Source: Squalus acanthias (lineage: Eukaryota). Taken from it: 64,000 bases of DNA. This document shows, piece after piece, positions 12,930-24,417 of this stretch; position 1 is the first letter of the stretch; each line of letters begins with the position of its first letter. The stretch lies in the NCBI GenBank assembly GCA_030390025.1, contig CM059432.1, positions 87,422,001 to 87,486,000 on the forward strand. The letters run 5' to 3'. A model generated the notes under the pieces. It made no database searches. It had not been told where the DNA came from and was given only the letters and a program-made list of their open reading frames with translations. The translations under genes and the position numbers were made by a program.

Positions 12930-14278
12930 ACTACAGATCTGGACACGCACTCTGAAAATCTCCACCGGAGAACGGTCCAAGCAGCAGAAGCGTTACTTGA
13001 GCACGCCGATTGTTTGTTCGATCATGTTTCTCATAGCGACATGGCTCTTGTTGTAGATTCCTGACAGGACTCATGAGCCATGGCCGGAGGGGATATCTTT
13101 TGTCGCCCAGTAGCCATCCTGTAACTAAACGGCCTGTTGCAATAAAGGTGGCACCGAGGACTGGCACAGGATGGAAGAGTCATTACTGTTGGCAGGATAC
13201 CGGGCACAGACCTGCATGATGCGCTGCTTTTAGTTGCAAACCTGCTGGACATTGATAAAGATGACAAGTTGGTGATAGGGAGCATGCAAGGCAATGTGGC
13301 TGCAGTCAATGGCACCTTGTACCCTGGTGAAGCCTGTCATGCAGGTGAAGCCTAGTGCTCTTTCAACCTGCTTCGCTCTGTCGATGGGGAACGAGATGTA
13401 GGTGTTCCTCCTGGTGTAGAGAGCCTCACTGACTTCCATGATACAGCGGTGGACAGCGAACTGATATGTCGCTGATATCACCTGTTGCAGCCTAAAAGGA
13501 GCCCCTGGTATAGAGGTTAAGGGCTGCGATGACCTTGACAGCCACAGGCAGTGCTGTCCATGCCCTGTTACAAGGTTCAAGTTGTGGCTACAGCAGGTGG
13601 CATAGCTCGGTGACAGCCGCCTTAGTAAAGCGAAGGCACTTCATACACTGCTCCTCAGTAAAGTTAATGTAGGAGAACTGCTCTCTGAATACCCGCTGTG
13701 GGAATGGCCTCCTGCACAATGGCCCCCTCCTCCTCCCTCTTATGGCAGCTGTTCCTGCTCTAGGCTGTCTTCCTTGCTGCTCCTCCACATCCTCCAGCCC
13801 GAAGACAACACTCTGAGACCGCCCATGACTGCAGTCAAACTATTTATGAGATAGCGAACAACAGCGCATCATCAGCAAAATTTTGTTCTTAGCAAACAAA
13901 CAGAACTTTCTAGAATCAAAAACCAACCCAAGAAACATCCAGAAGTTAACCAGTAGCCTCAAATGACAAACCAGCAACGAACCTGTAAGTTCTGCATAAT
14001 TTCTTTAAAAGGCACTGGCGAGTTCAGCACGTGGCCAGTCAGGCACTGGGGCATACCAAAATCGGGCAAGGGTCCTGAAAGAAGCACAGGACCCTAATTT
14101 AAATAACATATTCAGCATTTTTAATACTTCTGGTGTGTGCTCCTGATGCCAACAGAGAAGCCTGATCCAATGCGCCGGACAGCGCATTTCTGGCTGGAAA
14201 TGTGTGCAAGATTTCTGCCTGCCATTTTAGAGGCTTAGGCACCCGTTAAGCACCCAAAATACGTCAAATTTCTAGGCC
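12930..14278 (-). pseudogene. Harbinger transposase pseudogene with element terminus
   Basis: Fragments RVFREQFSY..CLRFTKAAVTELCHLL, VQGAIDCSHIAL, GWLLGDKRYPLRPWLMSP; frameshifts; TIR-like AATTTCTAGGCC at 14267-14278. Confidence 0.88.
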
Positions 14279-15108
14279 ATAGTTTAACATCCAGTTATCA
14301 GTGCTCAGTATATTAAAATAATCAACCTAGTGGCAGTTGTCATCTAGAAACAGCAACATATTTTAAAAATTTACAAAATGTATTTTTTCCAACTGTTTCC
14401 TGTTACATTTGGTTGAACTCAATGCAAAATTAGTAAATTTCAGGGGTTTTGGTCTAAAGATTCATAATAGGACTATTCCTTACCGCACTTTATAGAAATA
14501 TTGATCCAAGCATAATCATAGTTTAAGCATAACATTTCTTGGCTAAATAGTTACCACATTTATCATTATTTGACTGTATACTTTCATAGACAAGAAAAAT
14601 GTAGTAATGATCACTAATTCATTGCTCCCTATAGACATTGGGCAATGGTTCACATAACTTTTGATATCTGGGCAAAAATATACAGAAAGTCCAGTGGCTG
14701 GTGCGTCATAGTAATTCGATGTTCATTCATGCCTATATAGAAATTCAAATACAGAAGCCTTCTCAGCTGTGTTATTCAAGTTATTATAAATTTTCTAGTT
14801 ACGCTAGAATCAGTTTTACAAGATTACATTTATATATAAATGTGCACATAAAACCAGATGATCTTTGCTTGAAAATAAAGTGAAACAGTTCAGCAGTTCA
14901 GACAGATGCACAACATATGTTATACACAGAACTCAAACATGCTGTAATAGTTATACAGATCCACCACATTCTAGATCCTTCAACTACTGGAAACAGTCTA
15001 TTTCTAGCTACAAAAAGAAAATACTGCAGATGCTGGAAATCTGAAATAAAAACAGAAAATGCTGGAAATACTCAGCAGGTCAGGCAGCATCTGTGAAGAG
15101 AGAAACAG

Positions 15109-15145
15109 AGTTAACGTTTCAGGTCGATGACCTTTCGTCAGAACT
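15109..15145 (-). ncRNA. Minimal type I hammerhead ribozyme motif in a Penelope pLTR
   Basis: AGTT-CTGACGA-A-AGGTC-ATC-GACCT-GAAA-CGTT-AACT: CUGANGA and GAAA cores, stem II, stem I AGTT/AACT, palindromic ACGT stem III. Confidence 0.75.
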
Positions 15146-15995
15146 GGAAAAAAGCAGGAAATGGAACAGATTTTTAAGCAAGTGTAGGGGCTGGGAAAGG
15201 GGGGAGGGATGAAAGAACAAAAGGAAGGTCTGTGATGGGATAGAAGGCAGGAGAGGTTAAGAGACATTAAGAGATATTCAAGGCAAGAGGAGATGGTAAT
15301 GGGACAGGTTAAGAAACAAAGGATGGCTCTAGATGAAGTGTAAATTGCGCTGGCAGAATGAAAGACAGCTGCCCTGTGGGAGAGAAGAAAAGACACAAAC
15401 AAAAGGTGTGGATAAAAAATATATACATGATAGGGGCCGAGGTTATGATCTGAAATTGTTGAACTCTATGTTGAGTCCAGAAGGCTGTAAAGTGCCTAAT
15501 CGAAAGATGAGGTGCTGTTCCTCGAGCTTACGCTGAGCTTCAGTGGAACACTGTAAGAGGCCGAGGACGGTGAGGTCTGAGTGGGAGTGGAGCGGAGAAT
15601 TAAAGTGACAGGCGACCGGAAGCTCAGGGTCCCCCTTACGGACTGAATGGAGGTGTTACGCAAAGCGGTCACCCAATCTGCGTTTGGTCTCCCCAATGTA
15701 GAGGAGACCGCATCGTGAGCAGCGAATACAGTATACTAAATTGCAAGAAGTACAAGTAAATCGCTGTTTCACCTGGAAGGGGTGTTAGGGGCCCTGGACA
15801 GTGAGAAGGGGGGAGGTATAAGGGCATGAGTTGCATCTCCTGCACTTGCACGGGAAGGTGCCAGGCGAAGGGGAAGGGGTGTTGGGGGTGATAGAGGAGT
15901 GGACCAGGGTGTCACGGAGGGAGCTTTGGAATGCTGAAAGGGGAGGTGAGGGGAAGATGTGTTTGGTGGTGGGATCACGCTGGAGGTGGCAGAAA

Positions 15996-18668
15996 AAATA
16001 GAAACATAGAAGATAGGAGCAGGAGTAGGCCATTCGGCCCCTCTAGCCTGCTCCGCCATTCAATGCGATCATGGCTGATCATCCAAATTCAGAACCCTGT
16101 CCCTGCTTTCTCCCCATATCCCTTGATCCCTTTAGCCTTAAGAAATATATCCAACTCCTTCTTGAATATATTTAATGAATTGGCCTCTACTGCCTTCTGT
16201 GGTAGAGAATTCCACAGGTTCACCACTCTCTGGGTGAAGAAATTCCTCCTAATTTCTGTCCTAAATGGCTTACCCCTTATCCTTAGACTGTGACCCCTGG
16301 TTCTGGACTCCCCGACCATCGGGAACATTCTTCCTGCATCTAGTCTGTCCAGTCCTGTCAGAATTTTATAAGTTTCAATGAGATCCCCTCTCATTCTTCT
16401 AAACTCCAGCGCGTATAAGCCCAATCGACCCAATCTCTCCTCATACGTCATTCCTGCCATCCCAGGTATCAGCCTGGTGAATCTTCGCTGAACTCCTTCC
16501 ATGGCAAGAACCTCCTTCCTCAGATAAGGCGACCAAAACTGCACACAATACTCAAGATGTGGTCTCACCAAGGCCCTGTACAACTGCAGCAAGACATCCT
16601 TGTTCCTGTACTCAAACCCTCTCGCTACGAAGGCCAACGTACCATTTGCCTTCTCAACCGCCTGCTGCACCTGCATGCTTACCTTCAGCGACTGGTGCAC
16701 AAGGACACCCAGGTCTCGTTGCACTTCCCCTTCTCCCAATCTATTGCCATTCAGATAATAATCTGCCGTCCTGTTTTTGACATCAAAGTGGATAACCTCG
16801 CCATTATCCACGTTATATTGCATCTGCCATACTTCTGCCCAATCACCCAACCTGTCCAAATCATCCTGGAGTTTCTCGGCATCCTCCTCACAGCACACAC
16901 ACCCACCCAGCTTTGTGTCGTCTGCAAATTTGGAGATATTACATCTAGTTCCCTTGTCTAGATCATTAATATATATTGTGAATAGCTGGGGTCCAAGGAC
17001 TGATCCCTGCGGTACCCCACTAGTCACTGCCTGCCACTCGGAAAAAGACCCGTTTATTCCAACTCTTTGCTTTCTGTCTGCCAACCAGTTCTCTATCCAA
17101 GTCAATACCTTGCCCCCAATCCCATGTGCCTTAACTTTACATGCTAATCTCTTATGCAGGACCTTATCGAAAGCCTTTTGAAAGTCCAAATACACCACAT
17201 CTACTGGTTCTCCCTTATCTATTTTACCAGTTACATCCTCAAAAAATTCCAGTAGATTAGTCAAGCACGATTTACCTTTTGTAAATCCATGTTGACTTTG
17301 TCCGATCCTGTCACTGTTTTCCAAGTGCTCTGCTATTACATCTTTTATAATGGACTCTAGCATTTTCCCCACTACCGATGTCAGGCTTGCCGGTCTGTAA
17401 TTCCCTGTTTTCTCTCTGCCACCTTTTTTGAATAGTGGGGTAACATTAGCTACCCTCCAATCCATGGGTATTGTTCCAGATTCCATCGAATGTTGGAAGA
17501 TGATCAGCAATGCATCTACTATTTCTAGGGCCACTTCCTTAAGTACCCTAGGATGTAGATTATCAGGCCCTGGGGATTTATCGGCCTTCAATCCCGTCAA
17601 TTTCCCTAACAGCATTTCCCTGCAAATACTGATTTCTTTCAGTTCCTCCCTTTCATCAGACCCTATGTTCCCCGACATCTCTGGGAGGTTATTTATGTCC
17701 TCCTTTCTGAAGACAGAACCAAAATATGTATTTAATTGGTCTGCCATTTCTTTGTTCCCCATTATAAGTTCCCCTGATTCTGACTGCAAGGGACCTACGC
17801 TTGACTTCACCAATCTTTTTCTCTTCACATATCTATAAAAGCTTTTACAGTCAGTTTTTATGTTCCCTGCACGCTTCCTCTCATATTCTATTTTCCCCTT
17901 CTTAATTAATCCCTTTGTCCTCCTTTGTTGAATCCTAAACTGCTCCCAATCCTCAGGTTTACTGCTTTTTCTGGCCAATTTATATGTCCTCTGCTTGGAT
18001 CTTATGCTATCCCTAATTTCCTTTGTTAGCCACGGTTGAGTCACCTTTTTTGTTTTATTCTTATGCCAAACTGGAATGAACAAATTCTGTAATTCATCCA
18101 TGCGGTCTTTGAATGTTTGCCATTGTCTATCCACCGTCAACCCTTTGAGTGACATTCCCCAATCAATCCTACCCAACTCGCGCCTCATACCATCATAGTT
18201 TCCTTTATTTAAATTCAGGACCCTAGTCTCTGAGTCAACTACTTCACTCTCCATCTTAATGAAGAATTCTATCATATTATGATCGCTCCGACCCAAGGGG
18301 CCTCGTACAACAAGATTGCTAATTAATCCTTTCTCATTACATAACACCCAGTCTAAGATGGCCTGATCTCTGGTTGGTTCCTCGACATATTGGTCCAGGA
18401 AACCATCCCGTAAACACTCCAGGAATTCCTCCTCCACAGTATTGTTACTAATTTGGTTAGCCCAATCTATATGTAGATTAAAGTCACCCATGATGACTGC
18501 TGTGTCCTTATTGCACGCTTCTCTAATTTCCCTTTTACTGCCATCCCCAACCTCCGCAGTACTGTTTGGAGGTCTATATACCACTCCCACTGACGTTTTC
18601 TGCCCCTTGGTATTTCTCAGTTCTACCCATACAGATTCCACATCATCAGAGCTAATATCCGTCCTTAC
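15996..18668 (-). mobile_element. 5'-truncated CR1 with uninterrupted ORF2 (partial APE plus complete RT), inserted in Penelope
   Basis: ORF 16089-18818 is open throughout; its first ~50 aa are Penelope read-through; ATAGAAAC tail near 15998; Penelope resumes at 18669. Confidence 0.95.
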
Positions 18669-18901
18669 AATGGCGGAGGATGATCCGTTGAATGTGGAGG
18701 CTGGTGGGGTGAAAGATGAGGACAAGGGAACTCTAGCGTGGTTCCGGGAGGGAGGGGCAGGGGTGAGGGCAGAAGTGCAGGAGATAGAACGGACACAGTC
18801 AAGGGCCATGTCAACCACAGTGGAGGGGAATCCTCGATTGAGGAAAAAGGAAGACTTGTCGGAAGCACTGGTATGGAAGGTGGCATCATATTTCTAGCTA
18901 C

Positions 18902-19370
18902 TCTGTCCCATCCCTTTATAATTTTAAACACCTCTGTCAAAGCAGGGCCCACTCGCCTCTGTTCTAACAAAAAAGCCGTAATTTTTCCAGCCTTTTTTCA
19001 CATTTGTATTTCCTCATACCAGGCAGCATCCAAGTGAATATGTGCTGTACCCTCTCTATTGCCTCAACATTTCTTCCTGTAATGTGAAGCTCAGAACTGC
19101 ACACAGTATTCCAACTGTGGCTTACTGAAGTTTTATATAGCTTCACTATCACATCTTGACTTTTATATTCTGTACCTCTTGCCAAAAAAAACCAGTATTC
19201 CATTAGCTTTTTTTATGGCCTTATCCACTTGAGGTACTGCTTTTAATGTCTTAGCTACCTGAACCCCCAAATCCCTCTACTCTTCCATATCACCCAGCTC
19301 TCCTCCAGTCAAAGTGTAATTATTACTTTATTTTTAGCCAAAATGATCCATTTCACAGTTGCTGACACTA
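18902..19370 (-). mobile_element. Old CR1 RT fragment
   Basis: Degenerate ARGTEYKS..LYKTSV..., LTEVFKIIKGWDRV motifs. Confidence 0.75.
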
Positions 19371-19679
19371 CCGCTATCATAGGATCAACACAGGAAAAAG
19401 GCTGGGAAATTCCTCTCTGGTAGACCATGTAGGCCATAATCCCTTGTAATCACAGCTAGCCAACAACTTACTCTCTATTACTGGAAATATCCTCTTCACT
19501 GAAGAACTTGTCAAGTTTGTTTTGAACGGATAGCAGTGAATCCATACTCACCACATGTTTAGGTAGCTTGTTCCAGAAAGCAAAGAAAATAAATCTTTGC
19601 CTACAGAGTTTAAATGCATACCCACGAGTCATAGAAGTATACAAATTTACAGCACAAAAGATGGCTATTCAGCCCATCA

Positions 19680-20550
19680 ATTTTTTTATTCATTCATGGG
19701 ATGTGGGTGTCGCTGGCAAGGCCAGCATTTATTGCTCATCCCTAATTGCCTTTGAGAAGGTGGTGGTGAGCCACCTTCTTGAACTGCTGCAGTCCATGAG
19801 GTAAAGGTACTCCCACATTGCTGTTAGGGAGGGAGTTCCAGGATTTTGACCTAGCGATGATGAAGGAATGGCAATATATTTCAAAGGCGTTCTCCAAGGC
19901 AACCTTAGGAACACACGACAACGCAAAATCATCGAGCAGAAACTGATAGCCAAGTTCCGCACTCATGAAGACAGTCTCAACCGGGATCTTGGGTTTATGT
20001 CACGATACATGACGTGATCCGGACTCGAGTCGTCGTTGGCTTGTTCACAGATGTGATTCCCAGTAAAAAAGTAAAAATTTTCCCAGTAAAAAAGTAAATT
20101 TTTTAAAGCTTATCGTTTTACATACAGACGGCAGCTTTTGACACGTTAGACCCCCTGCGACTCCACCTCATTGTCTCAGTTGTATCTTGCTATGTCTTTG
20201 ATGTGGTACCTTCCTGGCTGACCTGATTAACTTTATCACACCTCGGCAGATAGTCAGGATGATTTAATTTAGTTGTCTGCAATTGTAAGGTACACATGCA
20301 TTGTTCTCTATCTATATATGCTTTGGCGATTCTGTATCTTTTTACTTCACCCGACGAAGGAGTAGTAATCTCCGAAAGCTTGTGATTTCAAATAAAACTG
20401 TTGGACTATAACCTGGTGTTGTGCGACCTCTCAATATATTTCAAAGTCAGGATGGTGTGTGACTTGGAGGGAAATTTGCAAGTGATGGTATTCCTATGTA
20501 CCTGATGCCCTTGTCCTCCTAGGTGGTAGAGGTCATGGGTTTGGGAGGTC
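19680..20550 (-). mobile_element. 3' end of a CR1/L2-group LINE, interrupted by Penelope
   Basis: KSWNSLPNSNVG..LQQFKKVAHHHLLKGN; homologous to 34110-34420. Confidence 0.75.
19887..20431 (+). mobile_element. Penelope-like 3' fragment (second family) with a hammerhead-like motif at 20347-20385
   Basis: QRKIIEQKLIAKFRTHEDSLNRD (GIY-YIG C-terminus); 15-bp TSD CAATATATTTCAAAG at 19872-19886 and 20432-20446. Confidence 0.82.
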
Positions 20551-20569
20551 CTTTGCTGGTCCTTTGCTA

Positions 20570-21110
20570 GGTTCATTCAAAACTAATTCCGCTCTCTCCT
20601 TATAGCCCTGTATCTTTCTCTGCTCAAACAATTATCATTTTTTTCCTTTAAAAATGTAATGGTATCTGCTTCAACTGTTCCCTGCGGCAAAGCATTCCAC
20701 GCTCCAAAATACTTCTGAATAAAGAAATTTCTCTTAACCTCTCCCACTTCACTCTCTTAATGACAAGTTTAAATCGATGGCCCCTTGTCATTGACTCCCC
20801 AACCACAGGAAATAGTCTTTCCCTATTCAAAACTCTTCAAAATCTCCTCTTAGCTTTCTCTGCTCCAGTGGAAATAGTTCCAGTATATCAAGTCTGCCCT
20901 CATAACTATGGATCCCCATCCCTGACACGAGACTGGTGAATGTACTCTGAACACTCCCTATGGCGTTACTGTCTATTCTACAATGGCACACCCGAAATTG
21001 CACTCAACACTCTAAATGTGACCTAACCCTTGCTCTGTACAAATATCCCATTATTTCATTACTCTTGTAATCTATACCCCTATTTATAAAACCCAAAATG
21101 CTGTCATCTC
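20570..21110 (-). mobile_element. Old CR1 3' fragment
   Basis: RERLFPVVGESMTRGHRFK motif on the minus strand. Confidence 0.7.
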
Positions 21111-21124
21111 TATCAATCTCAAAT

Positions 21125-21985
21125 AGTGGTATGGTAGCCTAGTGGTTATGTCACTGGGCTAGTAATCCAGCAGCCTGGACTAATGATCATGAGTTCAAAT
21201 CCCATCATGGCAGCTGGGGAATTTAAATTTAATTAAATAAATCTAGAATAAAAAGATAGTATCACTAATGGTGACCATGAAACTACCGGATTGTCATAAT
21301 GTCCTTTAGGGGAGGAAATCTGCCGTCCTTACCCAGTCTGGCCTATATGCGACTCCAGACCCACAGCAATATGGTTGACTCTTAACTGCTCTCTGCAAGC
21401 CACTCAGTTGTACCAAGTCCGCTACGATAAACAGTAATAAGAATAAAACTGGCCGGACAACCCAGCATCGATTGAGGCACCGATTCAGACACGACAAAGA
21501 CACACCCAATCCTGTAAAGTCCTCCTCACTAACATCTGAGGACTTGTGCCAAAATTGGGAGAGCTGTCCCACAGACTAGTCAGCAACAGCCTGACATAGT
21601 CATACTTACAAAATCATACCTTTCAGCCAACGTCCCAGATTCCTCCATCACCATCCCTGGGTATGTCCAGTCCCACCGGCAGGACAGACCCACCAGAGGG
21701 TGCGGCACAGTAGGGAGGGAATGGTCCTGGGAGTAATGTTCCCTGTAATTTTTTTTGGCGCCTCGCGGCCCCTTTAAGAAACCATTCAAAATACCATGCA
21801 AGCCGGCTGCGTGGGATCCAGGCAGCTTACATTGCCTGGGAGTCCTCAGCATTGACTCCAGACATGATGAAGTCACATGGTATCAGGTTAAACATGGACA
21901 AGGAAACTTCCTGTTGATTACCACCTACTACCTTCCCTCAGCTGATAATCAGCACTCCTCCATGCTGAACACCACATGGAAGAAG
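21125..21985 (+). mobile_element. LINE 5' part with a tRNA-like head followed by a decayed APE endonuclease
   Basis: A-box TAGCCTAGTGG 21135-21145; B-box GTTCAAATCC 21193-21202; then KVLLTNI*GLVPKLGELSHRLV..QQPDIVILT..TIPGY..HRQDRPTRG. Confidence 0.75.
21734..21834. mobile_element. Short hAT-type MITE
   Basis: 8-bp TSD CCTGGGAG at 21726-21733 and 21835-21842; termini TAATGT.../...ACATTG. Confidence 0.75.
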
Positions 21986-22810
21986 GGGGAGGGCGAACAG
22001 TCAGAGGTCGTGGTTCACATTGGTACCAATGACATAGGTAGAAAGAGGGATGAGGTCCTGCAACCAGAATTTAGGGAGCTAGGTAGCAGATTAAAAAGCA
22101 GGACCTCAAAGGTTGTAATCTCTGGATTACTCCCGGTGCCACATGCTGGTGAGTATAGGAATAGGAGGATAGAGCAGATGAGTGCGTGGCTAAAGAGTTG
22201 GTGCAGGAGGGAGGGCTTTAGTTTCCTGGATCACTGGGTCTGCTTCTGGGGAAGGTGGGACCTGTACAAGTCGGACGGGTTGCACCTGAACCGGAACGGG
22301 ACCAACATCCTTGCGGGGAGGTTTGCTAGTACTGTTGGGGGGGGGGGGTTAAACTAACTTGGCAGGGGGATGGGATACGGAGTGGAGCAATAGTAGGGGG
22401 TGATGCACAGCCAAATATAGAGGAAAAAACAAGTCAGCCTGGAAGGCAGAGCAAATATGTAACGGAAAAAGGAGTATGGCAAGGCTGGATGGCAGATGAA
22501 TTGAAGGTGTTGATGAACACATGGGAGTATGATATTGTTGCTATCACAGAGACATGGTTGAGGGAGGTGCAGGACTGGCAGCTTAATATTCCGGGGTATA
22601 GAATCTTCAGGTGAGACAGAGGGGGGTGTAAAGGAGGAGGGGGTGTCGCAATATTAATCAAGGAGTCAATTACTGCTGTAAGGAGGGATGATATCTTAGC
22701 AGGTTCCTCTAATAAGGCCATATGGGTAGAACTTAAAAACAAAAAGGGGGCAAGCACTTTGCTGGGAGTGTACTATAGGCCCCCAAAAAGTCAGGGGGAG
22801 ATAGAGGAAC
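21985..22810 (+). mobile_element. CR1 fragment: ORF1 SGNH-esterase end plus APE start (host element H, 5' half)
   Basis: VVVHIGTND...DGLHLN; then AITETWL...YYRPPKSQGEIEE, cut by the CR1 starting at 22811. Confidence 0.88.
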
Positions 22811-23368
22811 AGTGTGAGTCAGCAGAGAGTGCTGAGTTTGGGTAAGTGTGAGAGCTCTTTAATTGTTAGTTCTCTTTAAATCATTCTTTATAAGAGTACT
22901 TAAGCAGTTTAAGTGAAGGGGAAAAGTTAAATATTTGGGATTCTGTTGGTTTAAGAAGAGTAAAACAAGGTTACACTGCAGTAGGAGTAAATTGGCACAG
23001 CAGGCAGTGGAAACCAGTTTTCTATTCAATCAGCAGGGGTGACTCATTTGGCTGTAAACAAACAAACAGTGCTTGCTCGCACTAGCACTGGTCTTTTTAT
23101 ACTGAGTGCGAGTCAGCAGAGAGTGCTGAGTTTGGGTAAGTGTGAGTTCGGGTGAGTGGGGTGTAGGGTGCTCTTTTCAAACTTTAACTCTGGGTTGTAG
23201 TTAATAAGGCCTTTCTGGTGCAGAGTGACTGTTGGTAAACCATTTAACTGGTGTAATTTAGAGGGATTGATTTAATTTAAATCCAATTAATTAGAGGGGA
23301 TACTAGCATCTATAATCGGGCAGAGAGTGTCCATAACTAACAATAAAAAATGTAATTAATTACATAGA

Positions 23369-24322
23369 ATGGAGCAGGTGATGTGTTACTGTTGCGAGAT
23401 GTGGGAGCCGGTGGACCCCATTGAGGCTCACGGTGATTACATCTGTGACAAGTATCTGCTGCTGCAGGAACTCCAGCTCCGTGTTGATGAGCTGGAGTCT
23501 GAGCTTCAGACACTGCGACACATCAGGGAGGGGGAGAAGTACCTGGACTCTGTGTTTCAGGAGGTGGTCACACCTATGAAGTTAATTAATTCAGATGTAG
23601 CCCATGGTCAGGGACAGGACGGTGTGACTACGAGTGAGGCAGGTACGGGGATCCAGGAGGTAGTGTTGGAGGAGCCGCAGCCCTTGCTCTTGTCCAACAG
23701 GTTCGAGGCTCTTACTCCCTGTGGGGACAGGAGCAGGGACTGCAGGGAGGATGAGCAACCTGGCCACAGCACCGTGGAACGGGGGGCCATTCAAGAGGGG
23801 GGAGTAAATAGAAATGTTGTAGTGGTAGGGGATAGTATTATTAGGGGGATAGATAGAGTTCTCTGCAGCCGAGAACGAGAGTCCTGTAGGCTGTGTTGCC
23901 TGCCCGGTGCCAGGGTTAAGGACATCTCCTCTGGGCTGGAAAGAAACTTGCAGTGGGAGGGGGTGGATCCAGTTGTCGTGGTCCATGTTGGTACAAACGA
24001 CGTAGATAGGACAAGGAAGCCGGTTCTGTTAAAGGAGTATGAGCAGCTAGGGGTCAAATTAAAAAACAGAACCTCAAGGGTAATAATCTCTGGAGTATTA
24101 CCTGAGCCACGAGCGAATTTGGCTAGGACAAATAAAATTAGAGAGTTAAATGAGTGGCTCAAAGACTGGTGTGGGAGAAATGGGTTTTGCTTCCTGGGAC
24201 ACTGGCACCAGTACTGGGGCAGGAGGGAGCTGTTCCGTTGGGACGGGCTTCACTTGGCCAGTGCTGGGACTAGAGTCCTGGCGGATCATATAACTAGGGC
24301 TGTAGAGAGGGCTTTAAACTAA
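23369..24322 (+). CDS. CR1 ORF1 protein (N-terminal Cys motif/leucine zipper plus SGNH/GDSL esterase domain)
   Basis: Open 317-aa frame; CxxC...CxxY, LQELQLRVDELESEL, VVGDS, HVGTND, DGLH. Confidence 0.9.
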   Translation: MEQVMCYCCEMWEPVDPIEAHGDYICDKYLLLQELQLRVDELESELQTLRHIREGEKYLDSVFQEVVTPMKLINSDVAHGQGQDGVTTSEAGTGIQEVVLEEPQPLLLSNRFEALTPCGDRSRDCREDEQPGHSTVERGAIQEGGVNRNVVVVGDSIIRGIDRVLCSRERESCRLCCLPGARVKDISSGLERNLQWEGVDPVVVVHVGTNDVDRTRKPVLLKEYEQLGVKLKNRTSRVIISGVLPEPRANLARTNKIRELNEWLKDWCGRNGFCFLGHWHQYWGRRELFRWDGLHLASAGTRVLADHITRAVERALN

Positions 24323-24417
24323 CTAGTGGGGGGGAGGTTCCTAGAGAACAAATAATAAAAATGACAACAGAGAAGGTCATAGACTTAGGTAGCAGTGGGG
24401 AAATTTAAAACCAGAGT

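Larger units (their letters stand above)
15012..18888 (-). mobile_element. Penelope-like retroelement (GIY-YIG endonuclease region plus pLTR), split by a CR1
   Basis: Minus strand reads LVYCIRCSRCGLLYIGETKRRLGDRF...VACHFN...RKLEEQHLIFRLGTLQPSGLNIEF; 13-bp TSD TATTTCTAGCTAC at 14999-15011 and 18889-18901. Confidence 0.9.

Noticed and set aside
14483..14731. Possible minus-strand exon
   Set aside because: AG/GT ends are present but all frames contain stops and no homology was recognised
16089..18818. 909-aa ORF as a novel fusion protein
   Set aside because: The N-terminal ~50 aa are chance read-through from flanking Penelope sequence into a 5'-truncated CR1 ORF2
21128..21210. Functional tRNA gene
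   Set aside because: It has A/B boxes but no convincing cloverleaf or terminator; it is a retroelement head (likewise 29840-29913)
21755..22357. 200-aa ORF
   Set aside because: Chimera of a hAT MITE, an APE fragment and CR1 ORF1 esterase
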